Of a stretch of DNA of 64,000 bases, positions 1-9,811 are shown piece after piece; the stretch's first letter is position 1, and each line of letters begins with the position of its first letter. The translations under genes and the position numbers were made by a program. A model generated the notes under the pieces. It saw only the letters and a list, made by a program, of their open reading frames with translations, made no database searches and was not told the DNA's origin. This stretch comes from a virus, in IMG/VR virus record IMGVR_UViG_3300015370_000011, positions 57,017 to 121,016 of that record; one strand, written 5' to 3'.

Positions 1-39
1 CTATGTATGTCGTATAATAGAAGGTTAGGAGGTGTTACA

Positions 40-630
40 ATGGCAAAGTCCAAGAAAGATAAACAAGTGAAGGCTGTTCCTACGCAGTATGATAAAGCAA
101 AACTAGTTGAAAAGGTAGCGAAAAAGTTGATTCCCAGGTATCATCCACATCTGATCAACTCGAAGATAGCGTACTTGTACAAGAATAAAGAGATTACGAG
201 GAATGGAAAAAAGACATTAGCAACAGCTGAGAAGTGTTCCCCAAAGGTAAAAGCCCTTACAGATTATGATTTCATCATCACTGTTGCTTATCCAGACTAT
301 AGAGATCTTACGGATCGTCAAAGAGTAGCTGTAATCGATCATGAGCTTGAACATTGTTTTGTAGAAGATGGAGAAGATGGAGAAACAAAGATAAAGATGC
401 TACCGCATGATTTTGAGGAATTTGGAGATATCATACGCAGACATGGTTTATGGCAACCAGATCTTCAGGAACTTGGAAGGGTGGTTGAAACGACTAAGGA
501 TGTGGATCCAGTTGAGGTAGCTTTGATGGAAGATAACGAATCAGAGGATGCTGAGGATGATACTGTTGAAGAAGAGGATGTGGAAGATGCTGCGGAACAA
601 GACGAAGAATTTTTGAGTGTCGATGAATAG
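40..630 (+). CDS. Putative phage metallopeptidase (HExxH) with acidic tail
   Basis: DHELEH motif plus downstream HDFEEF..RRHG, typical of the phage metallopeptidase family. AGGAGG RBS favours ATG at 40 over 7. Confidence 0.75.
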   Translation: MAKSKKDKQVKAVPTQYDKAKLVEKVAKKLIPRYHPHLINSKIAYLYKNKEITRNGKKTLATAEKCSPKVKALTDYDFIITVAYPDYRDLTDRQRVAVIDHELEHCFVEDGEDGETKIKMLPHDFEEFGDIIRRHGLWQPDLQELGRVVETTKDVDPVEVALMEDNESEDAEDDTVEEEDVEDAAEQDEEFLSVDE

Positions 631-642
631 CATTACCATGTC

Positions 643-1503
643 ATGATATATGAATGGGATACAATGAGCATCAATAACTCTATTATATTTGGGGACAACC
701 TTACCATACTAAAAACATTTCCAGATGCTTGTATCGATCTTATTTACATAGATCCCCCCTTCAATACGGGGAAACCCAGAAAGAAAGTAACACTAAAAAC
801 AGATAAGGATATGGCTGGAACGAGGATTGGGTTTGGAGACAACAGATATAGATCTCAAGAAATTAAAGAATACAGTTTTGATGATCGGTATTCCTCATAT
901 CCAGACTTTCTAAATCCAAGGTTAGTTGAAGCTTATCGTATTCTAAAGGATACTGGATCTATCCTGGTACATTTAGATTATAGGGAAGTGCATTATTGTA
1001 AAGTATTTCTTGATTCTCTGTTTGGGAGAGCGTGCTTTCAAAATGAAATCATTTGGGCGTATGACTTCGGAGCTAGATCGAAAAAGTGTTGGCCTGCCAA
1101 GCATGACAATATTCTGTGGTATTCTAAGGACCCCAAGCGGTATACTTTTAATTACGATGAGATAGATAGGGTTCCATACCTGGCTCCCTCCTTAGTTGGC
1201 AAAGTCAAGGCAGCCCGTGGAAAGACAATAACGGACGTGCATTGGCATACGATTGTTCCTACAAATGGTAAGGAGAAAACAGGCTATCCAACACAAAAGC
1301 CCCTTGGCCTGCTTCGTAGATTCGTGCGCGTGCATTCTAATCCAGGTGAAATACTAATGGATTTCTTTTGCGGATCTGGTACCCTTGGAGAGGCTGCGGG
1401 AGAGGCAGGAAGGTCTTTTGTTCTAGTTGACAATAATCTTGAAGCTGTAGGGATTACCAGCAAGCGACTGTCTAAGTACGCTCCAACATTGATTAATTTT
1501 TAA
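643..1503 (+). CDS. DNA methyltransferase, N4-C/N6-A, beta class
   Basis: GDNL...IDLIYIDPPF catalytic motif, YPTQKP, and C-terminal DFFCGSGT SAM-binding motif. Confidence 0.93.
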   Translation: MIYEWDTMSINNSIIFGDNLTILKTFPDACIDLIYIDPPFNTGKPRKKVTLKTDKDMAGTRIGFGDNRYRSQEIKEYSFDDRYSSYPDFLNPRLVEAYRILKDTGSILVHLDYREVHYCKVFLDSLFGRACFQNEIIWAYDFGARSKKCWPAKHDNILWYSKDPKRYTFNYDEIDRVPYLAPSLVGKVKAARGKTITDVHWHTIVPTNGKEKTGYPTQKPLGLLRRFVRVHSNPGEILMDFFCGSGTLGEAAGEAGRSFVLVDNNLEAVGITSKRLSKYAPTLINF

Positions 1504-1571
1504 TCTACTTTATTTCGGCAAGTTACAAATTTGTTGATAAAAATCAAGCGCATACACAAGCATCTTTTTTC

Positions 1572-1599
1572 TTGACTTCTGCTTCGCATCTCGTATAAT
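1572..1599 (+). promoter_or_regulatory. Sigma70-type promoter of the phage sigma gene
   Basis: TTGACT-16 nt-TATAAT. Confidence 0.7.
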
Positions 1600-1630
1600 C
1601 AGGGGTACCAACAATACTCGTGAGGGTGAA

Positions 1631-2149
1631 ATGGCCTATTCTAGGGATTTAGCGATCCAGGAGAACAAGGGCTTAGTTTACAAAATTGCAAAAAAATTCT
1701 ACCGCCCAGGGATCGAGTTCATCGATCTTATTCAAGAGGGGAATATGGGTTTGCTGATCGCAGCAGACAAATATGATGACTCTTTCGGGGCGACCTTTTT
1801 TACGTATGCCTACCATTGGGTGTACAATAGTATAAGAAAATTTGTGGAAAAGAATTGTAGGATTGTGCACGTCAAGAAGAAGCAAGAAGAAGTTTGTATG
1901 AATACCCAGTACAAACTAACAATTGAAGATATTCCTGCTAATTGTTTCGACGGGTTTATACGAGTAGAATTCGCAGAAGTAGTAACGTCAATGAGTAATT
2001 TATCTGCTAGAGATCAAGCCATACTGGTTTCTACTTGTGTGCAGGGGCACACATTGGAAGAAAATGCAAAAGATTTTGGAGTAACTAAAGAACGGGTTAG
2101 ACAGATCAAGTTAGAAACAATAGCAAAGTTGTGTAGTTCCCTCCGCTAG
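1631..2149 (+). CDS. Phage-encoded sigma70-family RNA polymerase sigma factor (regions 2 and 4)
   Basis: DLIQEGNMGLLIAADKYD..FFTYAYHW (region 2) and TLEENAKDFGVTKERVRQI (region 4 HTH). Confidence 0.92.
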   Translation: MAYSRDLAIQENKGLVYKIAKKFYRPGIEFIDLIQEGNMGLLIAADKYDDSFGATFFTYAYHWVYNSIRKFVEKNCRIVHVKKKQEEVCMNTQYKLTIEDIPANCFDGFIRVEFAEVVTSMSNLSARDQAILVSTCVQGHTLEENAKDFGVTKERVRQIKLETIAKLCSSLR

Positions 2150-2225
2150 TCCCTGCCTGATTTTCAGACAAGCCTTTATTTATTAGCAAATATCCCTAGT
2201 ACGCTGTATACTAAGGGGTGCTGCT

Positions 2226-2405
2226 ATGCGAGATACGATCTACGTAGTATTATGCCCCAACTGCAAAACGGTAAGAAAAGCTGGGGAGATTTGTCCCCTT
2301 TGCAAGTGCCCAGTCCCTAAAAGGAGTGATGATGAGAATTCTTGCCCAAGCTCTCCCGACGACTCAACCAACACAGGAAGTGGTAGAGACAGACGAGATA
2401 AGTAG
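2226..2405 (+). CDS. Small Zn-ribbon protein, 59 aa, not in the ORF track
   Basis: Hand translation MRDTIYVVLCPNCKTVRKAGEICPLCKCPVPK..., preceded by GTATACT and AAGGGG. Overlaps the next gene. Confidence 0.45.
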   Translation: MRDTIYVVLCPNCKTVRKAGEICPLCKCPVPKRSDDENSCPSSPDDSTNTGSGRDRRDK

Positions 2406-2829
2406 GGTTCCGATATATCCTTCCAGTCCTGAGTTTAACAAGCTGGAACGTATGTACCATAGTTATCTGTATCAATCATCGAGCGGTGAAGAAGCTACGC
2501 TTGGATACGGAGATAAACTCAGGATAATAGATAATTTGGGAAATCTGAAAGATGTGATGATGATGCCTGATGGGAATATTGGAATCCAAGATTTGAATCT
2601 AAAAGTAGAGTATGGAGCAATGCACACGTATCCAACCTGGGATGATGCATCTGCATCTTTGCCTTCTCAGGATTTTGATCCGATGGGGCATACCGCATCT
2701 TTGTCTCGAATGTCTGCATGCATTACTAATCTTGCAAAATCTTTACTGACTAAACTACACGTATTGATAAAGATGGCGTTCGAAAACGATGAGGGCACGA
2801 ATCCCTATACGAGGAATCCATGGCGGTAA
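2326..2829 (+). CDS. Hypothetical protein, possibly head-internal
   Basis: 167-aa ORF with AGGAG RBS; carries RILAQ, HTAS and KMAF motifs like head-module proteins. Confidence 0.55.
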   Translation: MMMRILAQALPTTQPTQEVVETDEISRVPIYPSSPEFNKLERMYHSYLYQSSSGEEATLGYGDKLRIIDNLGNLKDVMMMPDGNIGIQDLNLKVEYGAMHTYPTWDDASASLPSQDFDPMGHTASLSRMSACITNLAKSLLTKLHVLIKMAFENDEGTNPYTRNPWR

Positions 2830-3164
2830 TCAAAAAAATTTGGAAATGGCTTGTAAGTAACATAAAACTTGTCATGGTGATTGCCTGTCTTGTAATGATT
2901 ATAATTGTTGGAATTATGATAGGCAGCAAGAACAAACTTATTAGAAGTCTTGAACAAAAACTTTCTATATTGCAAGCAAAAATAAAAATAGAAAAACTGC
3001 AAATACAGTATGATATGACTATGGACGAGATAAACAAGAAAAAAGAAGAGGATGTTGTACTAAGAAAAGAAATTGAAAATATTGAAGAACAGCTATCCAA
3101 ACGATTAGAGGGCGAGTTGTCTGCGGAAGAAATCGCCAACAAGTTCAGGGAGATTGGGCTGTGA
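2820..3164 (+). CDS. Membrane protein, N-terminal TM plus coiled coil (i-spanin- or holin-like)
   Basis: Hydrophobic LVMVIACLVMIIIVGIMIG followed by heptad-rich charged region. Confidence 0.55.
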   Translation: MAVIKKIWKWLVSNIKLVMVIACLVMIIIVGIMIGSKNKLIRSLEQKLSILQAKIKIEKLQIQYDMTMDEINKKKEEDVVLRKEIENIEEQLSKRLEGELSAEEIANKFREIGL

Positions 3165-3559
3165 AATATTTGTGTATATTGTTCCTTCTTGCGTTTTCAC
3201 AAAGCGCCGTAGCGGATGCAGATATTAGGCCGATAGAGATTGACGGAAAACCATTCGTAGCATTTGATCGTGAATCCGCACAAAAGTTACTCCAGATGCG
3301 AATAGACTTCCCATTACAAGAACTTAAACTTCAAAAGCTAGCAGAGTTAGTGACTAATTATTCGCAAGAACTCGTGTTATCCGATAGGGCACTTTCTATT
3401 GCGAATGAGCAAAATACAACGCTATTAGAATCGAATTCAAATTTACAGGATAGAATAAATTCTTTAGATTCGTGGTGGCGCAGCCCCTGGTTGTGGGTAT
3501 GCGTCGGTATTGTCGTTGGAACGGCAACAACCATAGCAGTAACGTATGCGGTGAATTGA
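3161..3559 (+). CDS. Exported coiled-coil protein with C-terminal TM (spanin-like)
   Basis: Signal peptide ending SAVA, coiled coil, WWRSPWLWVCVGIVVG anchor; GTGA overlap with the preceding gene. Confidence 0.5.
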   Translation: MKYLCILFLLAFSQSAVADADIRPIEIDGKPFVAFDRESAQKLLQMRIDFPLQELKLQKLAELVTNYSQELVLSDRALSIANEQNTTLLESNSNLQDRINSLDSWWRSPWLWVCVGIVVGTATTIAVTYAVN

Positions 3560-3560
3560 T

Positions 3561-4298
3561 ATGCGTGGAGTGATTTTAGCGGGTGGTACTGGCAGCAGGC
3601 TAGCGCCCCTAAATTACATAAATAAGCATCTGTTACCCATTGGTCGAAAGCCGATGATTCAATACGCTGTAGAAAAATTGACGGCATCTGGTATTGATCA
3701 TATTCTGGTAGTTACTGGTAAGGAGCATGCAGGCACAATAATCAACTATTTGGGATCTGGGGACGCATTTGGTTGCACATTTACATATCGCGTACAGGAC
3801 GCAGCCGGAGGTATTGCCCAGGCCCTTGGTCTTGCTAAAGACTTTTGCTCTAATGATTTGTTCTGTGTTGTTCTTGGAGATAACATATTCACAGAATCAT
3901 TAGAGAAACACGTAAAAGCGTTTGAATTGCAGGGATCTGGGGCAAAGATTGTATTAAAGGACGACGCAGAATTGCAGCGTTTCGGTGTTGCTGCGCTGGA
4001 TCGTTTTGGAAATCTTGTTAATCTTTTAGAAAAACCTACTCGATCAGAGTTGGATAATATACAGGCCAACTTCGAGGGCCACAGGTTCTATATAATTACA
4101 GGAATTTATTTTTACGACCCATCCGTTTTCGAGGTTATTCCCACATTAGAACCATCTACCCGAGGCGAGCTAGAGATCACTGATGTAAATAGGGCGTACC
4201 TATTACAGGGCAATCTAACCTACTCTTTTATGCGTGGAGGTTGGACGGATGCCGGAACACATGAGAGCATGGAAAGAGCACAAGAGATGGTGCGCTGA
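3561..4298 (+). CDS. rmlA: Glucose-1-phosphate thymidylyltransferase (short-form RmlA/RfbA family)
   Basis: GVILAGGTGSRLAPL..NKHLLP, GIAQAL, LGDNIF, LEKP, RGELEITD, WTDAGT. Confidence 0.92.
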   Translation: MRGVILAGGTGSRLAPLNYINKHLLPIGRKPMIQYAVEKLTASGIDHILVVTGKEHAGTIINYLGSGDAFGCTFTYRVQDAAGGIAQALGLAKDFCSNDLFCVVLGDNIFTESLEKHVKAFELQGSGAKIVLKDDAELQRFGVAALDRFGNLVNLLEKPTRSELDNIQANFEGHRFYIITGIYFYDPSVFEVIPTLEPSTRGELEITDVNRAYLLQGNLTYSFMRGGWTDAGTHESMERAQEMVR

Positions 4299-4870
4299 TG
4301 TACGTTTATAGAAAAAGATCCGATAAGAAGGTATCTTTAGCTAGAAACAAAGTTAGGGAATATAAAGAAGAGCGGATATGTCCCGGATGCAGGGGAACGC
4401 TGGAGTTATCTGAGACAGGGAAAGACCGGGCAACGTATGTGTGTAGTAAGTGTAACGCGATTTGTACGTTTACTTCATATCCAGAAAAACAAAATAAAGA
4501 TACTAAACTTGGTCTGATTACACTCCGCGATAAAAGTCCCACACTGGAGAAATCGAATTCTGTAGGGAATAATAATTCTGTACAGAATATTGAGGAAGAA
4601 CTAGAAATTATAAGAAAGGCTATGAAGGATTTGCGGTTATTAATGTTCGATTACCTGGATCGAGTTAAACGGAAGAGTACCAGGACCATAGAACCGTATA
4701 AGCTTACCGTGGACGGAAGTGGAAACCCAATACTGTTTGGATATTGTTCCGAAGCAGAATCAATTAGAATGTTTAAAATTCGTAGAATGGCAAATATTTC
4801 TATTCAAGAGTTTTCATTTATTCCTAGATGGGAAATCCTGGATAAAATTGATGGCAAAAAGAAAGATTAG
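4298..4870 (+). CDS. Zn-ribbon plus WYL-domain protein
   Basis: CPGC..CSKC N-terminal; C-terminal FDY...STRTIEPYKL...LFGYC..ESIRMFKIRRM matches the WYL pattern. Confidence 0.8.
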   Translation: MYVYRKRSDKKVSLARNKVREYKEERICPGCRGTLELSETGKDRATYVCSKCNAICTFTSYPEKQNKDTKLGLITLRDKSPTLEKSNSVGNNNSVQNIEEELEIIRKAMKDLRLLMFDYLDRVKRKSTRTIEPYKLTVDGSGNPILFGYCSEAESIRMFKIRRMANISIQEFSFIPRWEILDKIDGKKKD

Positions 4871-6806
4871 AACGAATGTGCCCATTGGGTCTACCATGGA
4901 TGAGGCACAAGAGATAAAACTTTTTGGTGGATTACAGGAATTATTAGAAGGCAAACCAAAAATAAAACCAAGAAGTACGGGACGGGTACAATTAGAAAAA
5001 GCCCCTAACGCGATTATCTTTATAGAATCAGATAAGTTTTTGGCGGGACCAACGCTGCACGATCCACAGTATGAAGTTGTTCGTGATTTTTTTGAGCTAC
5101 TGTGTCCGGTGTGTAATGATATTGATAGTATACGCAAATATCATAATGTTCCCAGAGAAGATCAAATTTTATTTGAATATGATATGTGCCCTAAATGCGG
5201 ATCTGCCAAAGAAGCTTTTGCATCTGAATTAAATCATCCTAACGAATTAATCGGTGTAGTCGGGATGCGCGGAGGTAAATCCGTTGTTGTCGCGTGTATG
5301 TCTGCGTACATGATTCATGAACTCGTATGCACAGATAATCTACAGGAACGCCTTGGCCTGGTTAGAACACAGGAAATAGATGGCGCATTTGTGGCTGCAT
5401 CCGGGGAACAGGCAACTGAAACTATCTATGGTCATTTTCGTGGTTTTTATGATAGCTCGCCATGGTTTCAAGATTATAAAAAGAAGCTAATGGATTTAGA
5501 AATATTGGATCCAGAACTAAGAAGAGGGGATTTATATCGAGATTCCGATTTGATTATTCATTTTAGGGATAAACACATTCGTATTCGATCCATGACATCA
5601 AACTCTGGATCCATCGCGGGTCGCACACGAATATTTGCTGTTATAGATGAGCTTAGCCGCCTGGATGCAGGGGAAAGCAAACGAAGCGCTATTGAAGTCT
5701 ATCGCGTTCTTAAGCGGTCGCTGATTACTATAAAATCGGCTGTAGATACGCTAAGATCACAAGGAGATTTTTCTATTCCTGATGCACGGATCTTTTGTAT
5801 TTCATCACCGATGTTTCAGGATGATCTGTCGATGCAACTGCTAAAAGAAGCGAAAGACAATGATAAAAGATTTGCATTTCATCGCACAACCTGGGAGTTT
5901 AATCCATCCATCAAACGCGAACATTTAGCAGAAGAATTCGAAACCGATCCAGTTGGGGCAGAGCGTGACTATGCGGCCAATCCTCCCGGAGCCGAAAACC
6001 CGTTTGTCAAAAACCCGAATATTATAGAAACATGTATTGACAGAGAACGCAATTCAATTTTTACTACTAGAGAAGTCTTCTTCGAACAAGAAATAAATGA
6101 TATAAAATTTTACTATCTAAAGAGCGCCCTTGAACATGTACGCTATGCAAACTTGATTGATTATGTTATACACTGTGATCCTGGACAGAGCGGGGATAGC
6201 TTTTGTTTAGCTATAGGACACATCAATGATGATGTAGTAATAATAGACGGGGCGATTGAAGTCAGACCGATTAGAAAGAATAACATAGAAAAAATGCAGC
6301 CGAGGGATGTGTATTTTCCTGCAATGAAAGATTTGATCATAGAATTAAGCAAGAAAATATCTGTTAGATATATTTCATATGATCGATGGAACTCCACGGA
6401 ACAAATACAAGAATTGAGAAACAATCGAATATTAGCGTTTCAGAAAAACATAACTAGGGATGATCATATCCGATTTTTGAATACTATGATGGCACGACAA
6501 GTTAGTTTTCCTATGCGGGAAGATAACATGGTAGATCCAACTAGGTATAGGAATATGCCTTGCGCCAAAGCGCTGCATGAGCTACAGCGACTAAATGACA
6601 ATGGAGTAAAGGTGGACCATCCTCCCAATGGATCTAACGATGTTATTCAATGCTACGTGGGGGTACATCGGTTGTTACTGCACCCAGAAGAGGTTATCTC
6701 CCTACATGATTTAAAGAAGAATACTAGAGCAGCAAATATCTTCCGTAAGCAGGGCAGAAAAATAGGAAGAGTGATAAAACTTTCACCACGCGGTGCACCA
6801 CGGTAA
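4851..6806 (+). CDS. terL: Terminase large subunit
   Basis: Walker A GMRGGKS, Walker B FAVIDE, nuclease IHCDPG and ISYDRWNS; CPVC..CPKC insert near the N-terminus. ATG 4851 preferred to the GTG at 4719. Confidence 0.9.
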   Translation: MAKRKIRTNVPIGSTMDEAQEIKLFGGLQELLEGKPKIKPRSTGRVQLEKAPNAIIFIESDKFLAGPTLHDPQYEVVRDFFELLCPVCNDIDSIRKYHNVPREDQILFEYDMCPKCGSAKEAFASELNHPNELIGVVGMRGGKSVVVACMSAYMIHELVCTDNLQERLGLVRTQEIDGAFVAASGEQATETIYGHFRGFYDSSPWFQDYKKKLMDLEILDPELRRGDLYRDSDLIIHFRDKHIRIRSMTSNSGSIAGRTRIFAVIDELSRLDAGESKRSAIEVYRVLKRSLITIKSAVDTLRSQGDFSIPDARIFCISSPMFQDDLSMQLLKEAKDNDKRFAFHRTTWEFNPSIKREHLAEEFETDPVGAERDYAANPPGAENPFVKNPNIIETCIDRERNSIFTTREVFFEQEINDIKFYYLKSALEHVRYANLIDYVIHCDPGQSGDSFCLAIGHINDDVVIIDGAIEVRPIRKNNIEKMQPRDVYFPAMKDLIIELSKKISVRYISYDRWNSTEQIQELRNNRILAFQKNITRDDHIRFLNTMMARQVSFPMREDNMVDPTRYRNMPCAKALHELQRLNDNGVKVDHPPNGSNDVIQCYVGVHRLLLHPEEVISLHDLKKNTRAANIFRKQGRKIGRVIKLSPRGAPR

Positions 6807-6890
6807 TACACTACGAGAGTTAAATGCATAAATACTTCTACATGTATAGTAGGCGAAGATGCGGGAAAGTATACGCAAAGGAGACTAAGA

Positions 6891-7319
6891 ATGTTTAAGA
6901 TTCAAAACATCGCACCGGGAAACGTACCTTTAATGCTAGAAAATAAAGGTAGTATTGTTCTAATGAGCGGACAGTATCTCGATCTTGATCTGCATTGTTC
7001 GAGAGCTTGGATAAAGACTAACCATGATCTAAAGGTTTTTATTTCGACTGGTACGTTTCGGCTTGTACACGATTCCGTAAACGACGTAATACCGTCGCAA
7101 CCAATTAAACCCATTTTAAGGACTGTGCCTAAAGAGCCGGTGGTTACGCCCAAAAAAAATAAAAAGGAAAAAAAGAAAATCAAACCAGAGATTATAGATT
7201 TAAGCGCTAAGGCAGATCCAACAGAGGATGAATTTGTTATTGAAGCGGTACTGGAGGATGTAGAGATCAGGTTTGAGGATCCTGTTGAGCAAGCTATCTT
7301 GGAAAGTTTAGATGAGTAA
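6891..7319 (+). CDS. Hypothetical protein
   Basis: AAGGAG RBS; overlaps the next ORF. Confidence 0.6.
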   Translation: MFKIQNIAPGNVPLMLENKGSIVLMSGQYLDLDLHCSRAWIKTNHDLKVFISTGTFRLVHDSVNDVIPSQPIKPILRTVPKEPVVTPKKNKKEKKKIKPEIIDLSAKADPTEDEFVIEAVLEDVEIRFEDPVEQAILESLDE

Positions 7320-8574
7320 TTTATTCGCTATCAAGAATCTGCCTAGAACACGGCAGGATAACTACTATAAGACTAAAACAAAACGTAGAATGAGGAATCC
7401 TAACGTGAAAGATCTAAAATCGTATCCTAGAAAGATGGTAGAAAAACCACACGATCCAAAAGCATCGTTTCATTTGAATAAAGTTATAGACGAATTAAAA
7501 GAATATACAGATGAGTTTCTACCTGCGTGGAAGAAGCGATCTGAGGATACGCACCTGCAAGATTCTGTACAACAATGGATGGAATACCATTATGATGAGT
7601 ACGGTACCGCTACTGAGCTTGCTGAAAACGCCGCCTGGGAATTCGATAAAGATTATTGGTTAGATGATGAGACTCATTGGGTTTGGGATTTGGCTCTCGA
7701 ACATTTTGATGAGCCCCTTATGCGTATTCCACCGTGTATGGGACAGGATAAGGATGCTGCTGGGGTTAAGCCCTGTGATGTGCATAGGATGAAAAAGCGA
7801 GTACGAGTAGAGGAAGATGAAGATGAGGATGAATATAAGGACATGGATGATTTAGAGCTGATAAAGCATCTGTTCGAAAAAGGAGAATATGAGAAATTAG
7901 ATAGGCTCTTCTTTGATAAGTTCACTGCGGCAGGATCTCGTAAGGTAATTGCACAGCGTCTGGATGAAGAGAAAAGAAAATTAGAAACATATATAGAAGC
8001 ACAGCCGCTACCGGAGGAACAAAAGAGCGGGTGGCTTCAATCTATCAGAAATGCGTTTGATTTTACTGAATTAAAAGAAATTTGGGATCAGTTATTCGGT
8101 AGGGTCGAAGAAGTTCCTCAACCTACGGAACAGCGCTGGGAGGATACATCTCCAGAAGACTATGGAATGATTGAACTTAGCACACTAAAAAAGAAAGTAG
8201 TCTTTGATAATGACACTATTTTTACCGTAGACACCGCCGATACATACGCAAAAAGAGCTACGGGGTTAGAGGCGTATGATACTCTGGATGATAATTCCGG
8301 AATGTTATTTCCGTTTGATCCACCCGATCATGCGATTTTTCATATGGGAAGAGTAAAGTATCCAATAGATATCCTGTTTATGATGAAAGACGAACTGGGA
8401 GAAGGATTAAAGGTAGCAAAAATCATACACGAAGTACAACCCGGCTCATACGATCAATGGTCTAACGCAAATACAGATTGCGTGTTAGAAGTTTCGGGTG
8501 GGCTGTGTAAGAAGCACGGGATAGATATAGGGTCTACATGTAGGGTACTAGAAGAGGTAAAAAATGAAACATAA
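7312..8574 (+). CDS. Multi-segment protein with C-terminal DUF192 domain
   Basis: ADT..KRATGL....GMLFPF.....FHM....PIDILF...VLEVSGG..KKHGIDIG is the DUF192 pattern. Confidence 0.75.
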   Translation: MSNLFAIKNLPRTRQDNYYKTKTKRRMRNPNVKDLKSYPRKMVEKPHDPKASFHLNKVIDELKEYTDEFLPAWKKRSEDTHLQDSVQQWMEYHYDEYGTATELAENAAWEFDKDYWLDDETHWVWDLALEHFDEPLMRIPPCMGQDKDAAGVKPCDVHRMKKRVRVEEDEDEDEYKDMDDLELIKHLFEKGEYEKLDRLFFDKFTAAGSRKVIAQRLDEEKRKLETYIEAQPLPEEQKSGWLQSIRNAFDFTELKEIWDQLFGRVEEVPQPTEQRWEDTSPEDYGMIELSTLKKKVVFDNDTIFTVDTADTYAKRATGLEAYDTLDDNSGMLFPFDPPDHAIFHMGRVKYPIDILFMMKDELGEGLKVAKIIHEVQPGSYDQWSNANTDCVLEVSGGLCKKHGIDIGSTCRVLEEVKNET

Positions 8575-9799
8575 GATGCTAATAGCGGATTCTGATTTCG
8601 TAAAATGTTTAGCGGATTCTGCAAAGCAGCCCGGGGTACGAGTAATTATTGCAGAAGATAGTACCTCTGATTTAAAAGACGAGGCGAGACAAACAGCGGT
8701 AGCGTATTGGATGGCTGGGTACAACTGGAACGAGATCGAAGCGGTACTGGAGGATTCTGAGTACGCCGACCATATTGTCAGTTACGCTGTAAATAAAGCT
8801 AAAGAATACGCCAAAGAAATGTTAAAAGATGGTCCGTTTTCTATATTTGATGATGGGCAAAAGGTAAAGTTGTCCAACGGTGCTTTTGGAATACTTACGG
8901 ATAAGCGAGAAGACTATGTTTCGGTAAAAACGGCAACTGACGGGGTACTGCAGGTTGTAGAAACACAAATTGATAAAGAAGCAAGCTTGTTACTGCGCAA
9001 GGCATATAAGTTACGGAAAGAAGCGGAAAAAATTATGGTTGCGCAAGAGGATCCTGCAACTAAGGAGTTCAAGACATATATAAAAGAGAAAGCCCCATCT
9101 GGATACGGCGAACAAACTCCGTTTTTTCAACAAACACCTAGTGTAGAAACAGTTCTTCCAGAAACGATTACTAGGGAATTAGCAAGATTAGAAGCCATGG
9201 AGGCGCGAGTTGCAGACCTGGCCAGGGAAAAAGAAGAATATCAAAAATTGGCAAAGGATATACATGAAGAAATAAAAACAGTTGACGATGAAAAGGCAGA
9301 TATTGCGCAACGACTATTTGGGGAAATATCTGAAGAGTTAGAAATACTTGAGGATATCGGGTTTAGCGTGTTTATGCGAACTAAGGACAAATTCCTATTG
9401 TTAGATCGGGTGCTGACTCAACGGAGTATTCCACCCGATGCTCTCAAAAAGTTAGATGCGGTTACGACATTCTTGAAAAATAAATATCCAGAAATAATAT
9501 CTGAAGTTGATTCTTTATTGGATGCATTTGAGCAAGAAAATACAGTAATCAAGAGCCATGTACGAGAGATGCTTGCATTGTATCCACCATCGCATAAAAA
9601 ATTAAAGAGTACAGCACAACTATCAAAAGTAAAAGATTGGATAGTGCAGCGCTGGCTATCTGTAAAATCCTGGATTGAAAATTGGCAGACTAAGTTGAAG
9701 CCAGAACTGGATTCTGGTTTAAATGCAATTGACGATTTTGCTAATTCTGTAACGTCGAGTGCTATTGCCTCTCGCGTTTTAGAAAAAAGCAAAGTATAA
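8564..9799 (+). CDS. Coiled-coil hypothetical protein (head module)
   Basis: 411-aa ORF in the operon between terminase and portal. Confidence 0.6.
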   Translation: MKHKMLIADSDFVKCLADSAKQPGVRVIIAEDSTSDLKDEARQTAVAYWMAGYNWNEIEAVLEDSEYADHIVSYAVNKAKEYAKEMLKDGPFSIFDDGQKVKLSNGAFGILTDKREDYVSVKTATDGVLQVVETQIDKEASLLLRKAYKLRKEAEKIMVAQEDPATKEFKTYIKEKAPSGYGEQTPFFQQTPSVETVLPETITRELARLEAMEARVADLAREKEEYQKLAKDIHEEIKTVDDEKADIAQRLFGEISEELEILEDIGFSVFMRTKDKFLLLDRVLTQRSIPPDALKKLDAVTTFLKNKYPEIISEVDSLLDAFEQENTVIKSHVREMLALYPPSHKKLKSTAQLSKVKDWIVQRWLSVKSWIENWQTKLKPELDSGLNAIDDFANSVTSSAIASRVLEKSKV

Positions 9800-9811
9800 T
9801 AGGGGTGAAGC

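Noticed and set aside
4719-4850. N-terminal extension of terminase from GTG 4719
   Set aside because: It lies wholly within the WYL gene; ATG 4851 gives a normal short overlap.
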